From Anolis carolinensis (lineage: Eukaryota): a DNA stretch of 64,000 nucleotides. Positions 53,715 through 62,620 of the stretch are shown piece after piece. How positions within the stretch are numbered: position 1 is the first letter of the stretch; each line of letters starts with the position of its first letter. The position numbers and the translations under genes were made by a program. The notes under the pieces are model-generated. The model was not told where the DNA came from and ran no database searches. It worked only from the letters and a program-made list of their open reading frames with translations. Location: NCBI RefSeq assembly GCF_035594765.1, contig NC_085845.1, positions 28,328,024 to 28,392,023 on the forward strand, written 5' to 3'.

Positions 53715-54010
53715 ACCTCTGCGTTCGCCCCGAGTCACAACTCCAAAAAGGAAGTGAGAGGAGGAAGGGGGAGAGCCTCCGCGGCGGCCAACAGCTTCCA
53801 GCTCCGATCCCTCCTCCTTCTCTTCCTCCTCCTCTTCTTCTCCCAGCGCTGCTCATTCATGGGGAACCGCGGCGGATCGGATTTCAAAGCGCCGCCGTCC
53901 AAAAACAGCCGCCCGGCCGGCGGTTCCCGGTTTCCATGCCCCGGCACACACGCAGGCTGCCTCGGCCCTGCTCGCCTGGGAGAGCCTGCCCTTCCGAAAG
54001 GCCCCTCTTG
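53715..54010. promoter_or_regulatory. CpG-rich unique segment in LEF1 intron 1
   Basis: High CpG density between TE blocks; TCF motif TTCAAAG at 53883-53889; ETS-like GGAAGT at ~53750. Confidence 0.55.
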
Positions 54011-54204
54011 TGAAATATCCATTGGGTTTTGTGGTGCCGTGGTTTGAGCGTTAAGACCGTGGCTGTACTGCCATCAGAGAATGAAGGCAGATAGACAGCT
54101 CTTTTCACTGCCATGGTTCAGTGCTATGGAACCCTAGGCATGGGTAAACTTGAGCCTCCAGGTTCTTTGGATTTCAACTCCCACAATTCCTAACAGCCTA
54201 CCGG

Positions 54205-54990
54205 CTGGGCTGCTTTGAGTTTTCAGGGCTGCATGGCCATGTTCCAGAAGCATGCTTTCCTGACGTTTCGCCCGCATCAATGGCAGGCATCCTCAGAGGT
54301 TGTGAGATCTTTTGGAAACTAAGCAAGTAGGGTTTATATATCTCTGGAAGATTCAGGGTGGGAGAAAGAACTCTTTTCTGTTAAAAGCAAGTGTGAATGT
54401 TTCAATTGGCCATCTTGATTAGCATTGAATAGCCTTTCAGTTTCAAGGCCTGGGTGCTTCCTGGCTGAGGGAATCCTTTGTTGGGAGCTGTTACCTGCCC
54501 TGACTGTTTCATGACTGGAATTCCCCTGTCTTATGACTGTTCTTTACTGTCCTGATTTTAGAATCTTTTAATACTAGTAGCCAGATTTTATTCATTTTCA
54601 TGGTTTCCTTCTTCTTTCTCTTGAAATTGTCCACATTCTTGTGGATTTCAGTGGATTCTCTGTGTAGTCTGTGAGTGAGAGTGGTCCAGCATTGCTGTGT
54701 TCTCAAATAATATGCTGTGTCCAGGTTGGTTCATCAAGTGCTCTGCTATGGCTGACTTTTCTGGTTGAATCAGCCTGCAGTGTTTGGGCATTGCTGCGTT
54801 TGCTGGTCCCTATGGAGACTTGTCCACAGCTACACAGTATACGGTAGACTCCTGCAGAGGTGAGAGGATCCCTCTTGTCCTTTGCTGAATGTAGTATTTG
54901 TTGGATTTTCTTAGTGAGTCTGCAGATAGTTTGTAGGTTGTGTTTCTTCATCAGCTTCCCTATGTGGTCAATGGTTGCCTTCATGTATGG
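54205..54990 (-). mobile_element. Penelope-like element 3' part (degenerate GIY-YIG endonuclease + pLTR)
   Basis: ORF remnants ...DKRDPLTSAGVYRILCSCGQVSIGT... and ...LHRESTEIHKNVDNFKR... match the Penelope/Poseidon GIY-YIG domain; followed by pLTR. Confidence 0.9.
54259..54299 (-). ncRNA. Minimal hammerhead ribozyme motif, LEF1-sense, intron 1
   Basis: CCT CTGAGGA T GCCTGC CATTGAT GCGGGC GAAACGTC AGG; core intact. Confidence 0.78.
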
Positions 54991-55004
54991 TAAGATCCTC
55001 TTAC

Positions 55005-55885
55005 CTCAGTAGGAATCTACCGTATACCATGCAGCTGTGGACAAGTCTACATAGGGACCAGCAAACATGAATCAAGGAATATGAAAAGCACTACAGACTA
55101 ACTCAACTGGAGAAGTCAGACATAGCAGAGCGCTTGATGAACCAACCTGGACACAACATATTATTTGAGAACACAGAAATGCTGGACCACTCTCACAACC
55201 ATCCTGTCAGACTACACAGAGAAGCCATTCAAATCCACAAGCATGTGGACAACTTCAACAGAATGGAGGGAACCATGAAAATGAACACCATCTGGCTACT
55301 AGTATTTTAGAAAATCTAAAACCAGGACAGTAAATAAAGAACAAGAGTCAGAAAACAGGCCCGGGCTGTGGCTCAGGCTGGTGAGTAGCCAACTGCAGCC
55401 AGCTGCAACAAATCACTCTGGCCAAAAGGTCATGAGTTCGAGGCCAGCTTGTCTCTGTCTTTGTTCTATGTTAAGGCATTGAATGTTTGCCTTATATGTG
55501 TAATGTGATCCGCCCTGAGTCCCCTTCGGGGTGAGAAGGGCAAAATATAAATACTGTAAATAAATAAATAAACAGGAGAATCCCAGACATGAAACAATCA
55601 GGGCCAGCTAACACCTCCCAACAAAGGATTCCCTCAGGCAGGAAGCAGCCAGGCTTTGAAACTGCAAGGCTTTTCAATGCTAACCAAAGTGATTAATTGC
55701 CACATTTACACTTGCCTCCAACAGACATGAGTTATTTTTCTCACCTTGGACCTTTTACAAATAAAGTATGTAAACTTCATTTGCTTAGTTCCCAACAAAC
55801 CTCACAACATCTGAGGTTGCCTGCCATAGATGTGAGCGAAACGTCAGCAGAGAAATGGCCATACAGCCCGGAAAACTCATCATAG
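55005..55885 (+). mobile_element. Penelope-like element, inverted partner of 54205-54990, interrupted by a SINE
   Basis: Reverse complement of the same GIY-YIG/pLTR sequence. Confidence 0.88.
55359..55571 (+). mobile_element. L2-tailed tRNA SINE (Anolis SINE2-like)
   Basis: Tail GTGATCCGCCCTGAGTCCCCTTCGGGGTGAGAAGGG...(AAAT)n; AAACAGG direct repeat on the flanks. Confidence 0.82.
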
Positions 55886-56015
55886 CAATTGTTAGGGATT
55901 GTGGGAGTTGGAAGTCCAAAAAATCTGGAGGGATGGCCGAAGTTTGCCCTTGCCGTAACTTTAACTAACTTACTCTCGCTGGTGAATAACTACTCCTTCC
56001 AGAAAGTTTCTTCCA

Positions 56016-56142
56016 GGGTTGTTGCATGTTTTCCGGGCTGTATGGCCATGTTCTAGAAGTATTATCTCCTGACGTTTCGCCCACATCTATGGCAGGCATC
56101 CTCAGAGGTTGTGAGGTATGGAGAAACTCAGCAAGGAAGGTG
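56016..56142 (-). mobile_element. Mini Penelope pLTR insertion (~127 bp)
   Basis: Flanked by GAAAGTTTCTTCCA (56002-56015) and GAAAGTTTGTTCCA (56143-56156), a 13/14 TSD. Confidence 0.8.
56068..56108 (-). ncRNA. Minimal type I hammerhead ribozyme motif (Penelope pLTR), LEF1-sense, intron 1
   Basis: Minus strand CCT CTGAGGA T GCCTGC CATAGAT GTGGGC GAAAC GTC AGG: CUGANGA and GAAA cores, stem II, palindromic ACGU stem III, GUC triplet, CCU/AGG stem I. Confidence 0.8.
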
Positions 56143-56237
56143 GAAAGTTTGTTCCACCTTCCCAGCTGCAGTGCCACCTCCCGCTGCCCCACACCAATGG
56201 CCTACTCTCCTCTTCCTCTTCTTCTTCTTCTTCTTAC

Positions 56238-56465
56238 CTCGTGCCCATTGCTGCTAGGGATGGTTTCCGACTCGTTGACCAGCGAGGACTTGATGTCGGC
56301 CAAGTCTCCCTCTTCCTCCGGGTGGCTGATCTCGGCGAAGATCTTCTCCTTCTGGGGGTCGCCCTCGTCTTTGAAAGGGATCATCTCGTCGGTGGCGCAG
56401 AGCTCGGGGTCGCCTCCTCCTCCTCCGCCGCCGCCTCCTCCTCCTCCTCCCGAGAGCTGAGGCAT
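56238..56465 (-). CDS. LEF1: LEF1 coding exon 1 (beta-catenin-binding domain), 76 codons
   Basis: Translates MPQLS(G)13DPELCATDEMIPFKDEGDPQKEKIFAEISHPEEEGDLADIKSSLVNESETIPSSNGHE, the LEF1 N-terminus. ATG context GCCACGATGC. Donor GAG|GTAAGA at 56237, phase 0. Confidence 0.98.
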
Positions 56466-56833
56466 CGTGGCTGCTGCCTCTGGAGAGCCTGGAGGAGAGA
56501 GGGAAGGAAGGAAGAGAAACAACAGGAAGGATGGAAGTTAGAAGTCTTGGAGAGGAGGCTCCCTAATCTAATCAACCCACGCAAATACACAAAGAGTTAC
56601 CCTCCTTCCATCCCTACGCCACTCACCACCAAACACCTGGAGAAAGGGGAGAAGAGAAGGGGGAAGGACTCTCCCTCTGCTTGGTCTGCCGGCTTTTAAA
56701 AGAGAGGAAGGAAGGAAGGAAGGAAGGAAGGAAGGAATACAGACCCCCTTCCCTTCCCCAGTTTCTGTAGTGTCTGCCGCAAGAAGTCTGGACAAGTTTG
56801 CGCCTCTGCCCGGTTTGGCTTCTCTGCGTCACT
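56466..56833 (-). promoter_or_regulatory. LEF1 proximal 5' UTR / CpG-island segment
   Basis: Unique GC-rich sequence immediately upstream of the ATG; contains a (GGAA)n tract at ~56706-56737. Confidence 0.65.
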
Positions 56834-58009
56834 GTGTTGTTGGAGGCTTTCGTGGCCGGAATCACTAGGTTGCTGTGAGTTTTCCGGGCTGTGTGGCTAT
56901 GTTCCAGAAACATTCCCTCCTGACGTTTCGCCCACATCTATGGCAGGCATCCTCAGAGGTTGTGGGTTCTGTTAGAAACTCAGAAAGTGGGGTTTATATA
57001 TATGTGGAAGGCCCAGGTCTTGTCTGTTTGAGGCAAGTGTGAATGTTGCTATTTTTTTTTCGTATCAGGAGCAACCGGAGTTGCTTCTGGAGTGAGAGAA
57101 TTGGCCGTCAGCAAGGACGTTGCCCAGGGGACGCCCAGATGTTTTTGATGTTTTTACCATCCTTGTGGGAGGCTTCTCTCATGTCCCCGCATGGAGCTGG
57201 AGCAGATAGAGGGAGCTCATCCTCATTCTCCCCGGGTGGGATTCGAACCTGGCAGCCTTCAGGTCAGCAACCCAGCCTTCAAGTCACGAGGCTTTAATCC
57301 CCTAGGCCATCGGAGGCTCCAATGTTGTTATTGATCAGCATTGAATAGCCTTTCAGCTTCAAAGCGTGGCTGCTTCCTGCCTGGGGGAATCCTTTGTTGG
57401 GAGGTGATTCGCTGTCCCTGATTGTTTATTATCTGGAATTCCTCTGTTTTTGAGCGTTGTTCTTTATTTACTGTCCTCTGCAGGAGTCTACCTTATACCA
57501 TACAGGTGTGGACAAGTCTACATACATAGGGACCACCAACCACAGCATTACCCTAACAGGAATCAATGAATATGAAAGGCACTGCAGACTAACTCAACCA
57601 GAGAAAGCCATTAGCAGAGCACTTGATGAGTTGAGAACTATTTTGTATCTGGGCTCTGCTAGTCTATGTCAGCCCAATTTACCACCATAGGCCACACAAC
57701 CAACCAAACAACTTTGTGAACTCCAACTAGCTTCAGTAAATTAATGTGAATGTTTGTTCAGAATTTATGCCATTATGTAATTTTTTGTCTGACTATGTTG
57801 GTTTAATTTATTGATGTTAGGTTTAATTCACTGATGTTAGGTTTAATTTGATGTTAGGGTTTAATTACTGATTTCATATGTGGTTGTTTTTTTCTGGGAT
57901 GCTATGTAGGTATTTGTCAGTTTTAGTGAAGGCTGTTAATGTTTGCCCTTGAATTTGGAATCTGCTCTGAGTCTCTTTGGGGAGAATAAGCAGAACAGAA
58001 ATAAAGTTC

Positions 58010-58062
<53 letters not shown>

Positions 58063-59858
58063 GTGATGAACCAACCTGGACACAGTATATTATTGGAGAA
58101 CACAGAAATGCTGGACCACTCTAACAACCACCATGTCAGCCTACACAGATAAGCCATTGAAATCCACAAGCATGTGGACAATTTCAACAGAAAGGAGGAA
58201 ACCATAAAAATGAACAAAATCTGGCTACCAGTATTTTTAAAAATCCTCTAAAATCAGGACAGTAAATAAAGACCAACACTAAGAAAACAGGGGAATTCCA
58301 GACAGGAAACAATCAGGGCCAGCTAATCACCTCCCAACAAAGGATTCCCCCAGGTAGGAAGCAGCCAAGCTTTGAAGCTACAAGGCTATTCAATGCTAAT
58401 CAAGGTGATCAATTACAACATTCACACTTGCTACAAAAAAAAAAAAAAGGTGGGTTGCTGTGAGCTTTCCGGGCTGTATGGCCATGCTGCAGAAGCATTC
58501 TCTCTTGAGGTTTCACTCACATCTATGGCAGGCATCCTCAGAAGTTGTGAGGTTTGGTGGAAACTAGGTAAGTGGGGTTTATATATCTGTGGAAGGTCCA
58601 GGGTGGGAGAAAGAACTCTTGTCTATTGGAGGTAAGCATGAATGTTGCAATTAATCAACTTGGTTAGCATTGAATGGCCTTGCAGCTTCAAGGCCAGGCT
58701 GATTCCTGCCTGGGATAATCCTTTGTTGCAAGGTGTTCAGGGTGAATCTACACTAAAATGAATGAGGATTGGCACCACTTTAACTGTCATGGAATCATGG
58801 GATCTGTAGTTTGGTGAGGCACCAGCACTCTTTGGCAGAGAAGGGAATTCCAGACAAGAAACTATCAGGGCCAGCTAACACCTCCCAGCAAAGGATTTCC
58901 CCAGGCAGTAAACAACCAGACCTTCAAACTGAAAGGCTATTCAATGCTAATCAAGGTGATCAATTGCAACATTCACACTTGCCTCAAACAGACAAGACTT
59001 CTTTCTCCCACCTTGGACCTACTCTAAGGTAAAGGTAAGTCCAGTCATGTCTGACTCTGGGGGTTGGTGCTCATCTCAATTTCTAAGCCGAAGAGCAGGC
59101 GTTGTCCGTAGACACCTCCAAGGTCATATGGCCGGTATAACTGCATGGAGCGCCGGGACCTTCCCTCCGGAGAGGTACCTATTGATCTACTCACATTGGC
59201 ATGTTTTCGAACTGCTAGGTTGGCAGAAGCTGGAGCTAACAGCGGCCTCTCACGTCGCTCCTGGGGTTTGAACCTGGGACCTTTCGGTCCGCAAGTTCAG
59301 CAGCTCAGTGCTTTAACACACTTCGCCACCGGGGCTCCAATTAGGGTTTTTATAGAACGTAGTCTTGTGGGATCTTTAGGCTCTTTCTCCCACCCTGGGC
59401 ATTCCACAGATACAATAGAGTCTCACATATCCAACATAAACGGGCCGGCAGAATGTTGGATAAGCGAATATGTTGGATAATAAGGAGAGATTAAGAAAAA
59501 GCCTATTAAACATCAAAATAGGTTATGATTTTACAAATTAAGCACCAAAACATCATGTTATACAACAAATTTGACAGAAAAAGTAGTTCATTACACATTA
59601 ATGCTATGTAGTAATTACTGCATTCACGAATTTAGCACCAAAATATCACAATGTATTGAAAACATTGACTACAAAAATGCATTGGATAATCCAGAACCTT
59701 GGATAAGTGAGACTCTACTGTATATAAACCCCACTTGCCTAGTTCCCAACAAACCTCACAACCTCTGAGGATGCCTGCCTTAGATGTGGGCGGAAGGTGA
59801 GGAGAGAATGCTTCTGGAACCTCCCCATACAGCCCGGAAAACTCACAGCAACCCAATA
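56834..59858. mobile_element. ~3 kb nested composite: Penelope with inverted pLTR ends plus nested SINEs, L2 tail, MITEs
   Basis: Inverted pLTR termini; GCGTCACT at 56826-56833 and 59859-59866. Nested: SINE 57053-57320, L2-like tail/(AAT)n ~57700-58062, Sauria SINE 59027-59338, mariner MITE 59413-59720. Confidence 0.85.
56919..56959 (-). ncRNA. Minimal type I hammerhead ribozyme motif, LEF1-sense, ~450 nt upstream of ATG
   Basis: Same 41-nt intact motif as 56068-56108. Confidence 0.8.
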
Positions 59859-59859
59859 G

Positions 59860-60930
59860 CGTCACTTTTGTTTTGTTTTTTCCAAAACATAAACACCCGC
59901 TGTCTTTCTTTTTTTTCTCTTCTTCCGCTTGGGATCGTCTTTTTAAAAATAGAAATAAAAAAATCATGCAGGTCAAGAGAGTAAGATTCCCACAAAGGAA
60001 AAAGAGCTATTTTGGGGGAGTCTGGAGGGATGTTGACAGGGCAGAGTGGAGAAAGAAGGGAGAAGGAAGGGGAAATGCCACAGACAGAGACTTCACCGAG
60101 GGAAGGGGAAATGCCAGAGTGAAAGAGAGAGGAGAAGAGGAAAGGGAGAAGAAGGGAAGCCGCTCTCTCGCACACTCGTTCCCCTCCACGGAGCTCCCCA
60201 GCCACGCACGCCTCCCCAATCCTCTCCCCTTCCCAAACCCACGCACCGGGCCTCTGCCTTTGTCCCCGGGACCGGGGAGTGCTGGTCTCCCCCTTCCGAA
60301 AGGTCTCTCCCTCCTCTTCCTCGCTGCCGTCGCCTCCGGAGAGAAAAAGGGGCGACTCTGGGGGTTGGGGTCCGCCAGGAGGGCTGCGTGGAGACCCCGA
60401 AGCCCCTTGAGCGAGACCCCGAAACTTCTCCCCTGGAAGAAGAAGAAGAAAAAGAGTCCAAGGTTGACTAAGTCCTCAGGAGAAAGACTCCGTCCGTGGG
60501 GTTCTTCTTTCGTGGTCCAAACAATCCTCGGGAATGCGAAGGGGGAAAAGAGTCGCCTCGCTGCGTGCGACCCACGGTCTCGCGTGGAGCCTGCTCCAAA
60601 AGGCAGTGGTTTCTCTCTCTCTGCCTCTCTCTCTCTCTCCTCCTCTGTCTCCCTCCGTAGTGGAACTTTAACATTCCCTCCTCCTCCTCCCACTCCCCTT
60701 TCCCTCCCTCCTCCCCCTTTTCCTCTCTCTCTCGCTCTGTTGAAAGGGTGGGGGCGGGAGGAAGAAGATGAAAGGGAAGCCGCCGCTTTGATTGACAGCG
60801 CATTGATAGACGCTCGGGAGAGAGGGAGAGAAAAAGGAAATGTAGCCATCCCGAGGAGGAGGGGAGGTGGTGGTGGTAGTGGAAAAGGCGGGGGGGGGGG
60901 GTGGACTCACAACAACCTCAACCCAGCTTA
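59860..60930 (-). promoter_or_regulatory. CpG/GC-rich segment, probable LEF1 promoter and distal 5' UTR
   Basis: Non-repeat, CpG-dense, with GA/CT tracts, a GC box (GGGGCGGG ~60750) and a TCF/LEF motif CTTTGAT at 60786-60792. TSS not determinable from sequence. Confidence 0.65.
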
Positions 60931-61020
60931 GGAAGCAGCGAACTGGGAAAGGGATAGGATGGATCTCTCTCTTTTGAAAAATTATTATATCTATGTACCC
61001 AAAGTTTTTTTTCCCCACCA

Positions 61021-61447
61021 CCCCCTTACCATGGGAAATGAAGATCATAAAGCAGCCTCGGCTACTGAGTTCCACATCAGGAAAGGTGCAAGCTCAGGGT
61101 TAGGAAGCAAGAAATGTACCTGGGAAAACAAGAAAATATGCCAAGAAGTCCCTCTGAAAACAAAACAAAAACATAAATGGTATTGTGTTGTCGAACACCC
61201 TGAACCTTCCACAGATATTTAAACCCCCCTTGCCTAGTTCCCCCTTACCATGGGAAATGAAGATCATAAAGCAGCCTCAGCTACTGAGTTCCACATCAGG
61301 AAAGGTGTAAACTCAGGGTCAGGAAGCAAGAAATGTACCTAGGAAAACAAGAAAGTAAGCCAAGAAGTCCCTCTGAAAACAAAACAAAAACATAAATGGC
61401 ATTGTGTTGTCGAACACCCTGAACCTTCCACAGATATTTAAACCCCA
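61021..61447 (+). repeat. ~219-bp tandem duplication upstream of the presumed promoter
   Basis: CCCCCTTACCATGGGAAATGAAGATC... starts at 61021 and 61240; few mismatches. Confidence 0.92.
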
Positions 61448-61480
61448 CTTTTGCCTAGTAGTTTCCAACAGACCTCACAA

Positions 61481-61521
61481 CCTCTGAGGATGCCTGCCAT
61501 AGATGCAGGCGAAACGTCAGG
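61481..61521 (+). ncRNA. Minimal hammerhead ribozyme motif
   Basis: CCT CTGAGGA T GCCTGC CATAGAT GCAGGC GAAACGTC AGG; perfect stem II. Confidence 0.8.
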
Positions 61522-61678
61522 AAAGAATGCTTCTGGAACATGGCCATACCGCCCGGAAAACTCACAGCAACCCATACATTGCATTGTTTTTGTGTCCCGT
61601 TGAAGGCTTTCATGGCCGGAATCATTGGGTTGCTGTGAGTTTTCCGGGCTATATGGCCATGTTCCAGAAGCATTATCT

Positions 61679-61719
61679 CCTGACGTTTCGCCTGCATCTG
61701 TGGCAGGCATCCTCAGAGG
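61679..61719 (-). ncRNA. Minimal hammerhead ribozyme motif
   Basis: Intact core, inverted relative to the 61481 copy. Confidence 0.8.
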
Positions 61720-62562
61720 TTGTGAGGTCGGTTGGAAACTAGGCAAGTGGGGTTTATATATCTGTGGAAGGTCCACGGTGGGAGAAAGAGGCAGGTGTGA
61801 ATGTTGCAGTTGACCAGCTTGATTAGCATTGAATGGCCTTTGCAGTTTCAAAGCCTGGCTGCTTCCTATCTGGAGGAATCCTTTGTTGGGAGGTGTTAGC
61901 TGGCCCTGATTGTTTCCTGTCTGGAATTTCCCTGTCTTCTGATTGTTGTTTTCTGAGTGTTCTTGATGAACCAACCTGGAAACAGCCTATTATTATAGAA
62001 CATAGAAATGCTGGACCACTCTCACAACCACAATGTCAGACTACACAGAAAAGCCCTTGAAAGCCACAAGCATATGGGCAGTGTTAGCAGAAAGAAGGAA
62101 ACCATGAAAATGAACAAAACGTGGCGACCAGTATTAAAAACATCTTTAAAATCAGGACAGTAAATAAAGAACACCACTCTGTAAACAGGGGAATTCCAGA
62201 CATGAATCGATCAGGGCCAGCTAACACCTCCCAACAAAGGATTCCTCCAGGCAGGGAGCAGCGAGATCTTGACGCTGAAAGGCTATTCAATACTAATCAA
62301 GGTGGTCAACTGCAGCATTCACACCTGTCTCAAACAGACAAGAGTTCTTTCTCCTACCCTGGACTTTCCAGATATTTAAACCCCTCTTGCCTAGTTTCCA
62401 ACAGACTTCACAATCTTTGAGGATGCCTGCCATAGATATGGGCGAAACGTCAGGAGAGAATGCTTGTGGAACAGCCCGGAAAACTCACAGCAACCCTGAA
62501 TTGTTTGTAATGTTGTGAGTCGTTTTAAGAGAGAAAAGCGGATATCATCATCATCATCATTA

Positions 62563-62620
<58 letters not shown>

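Larger units (their letters stand above)
61415..62497. mobile_element. Penelope cluster (+ pLTR, - 3' end, + ORF end/pLTR)
   Basis: Three segments in alternating orientation, same family. Confidence 0.87.

Noticed and set aside
54509-54984. Functional GIY-YIG endonuclease gene
   Set aside because: Frameshifted, 5'-truncated Penelope remnant with no RT domain.
56466-56522. N-terminal extension of LEF1 suggested by the ORF track
   Set aside because: Begins at a non-ATG codon; the conserved LEF1 start is MPQL at 56465.
56118-56699. 193-aa and 144-aa plus-strand ORFs
   Set aside because: Antisense shadows of LEF1 exon 1 and its trinucleotide repeat.
59873-60931. 352-aa plus-strand ORF and overlapping 280-aa minus-strand ORF (60007-60849)
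   Set aside because: Low-complexity translation of a GC-rich, stop-poor island, open on both strands, with no recognisable domain. A uORF role for the minus ORF cannot be excluded without a TSS.
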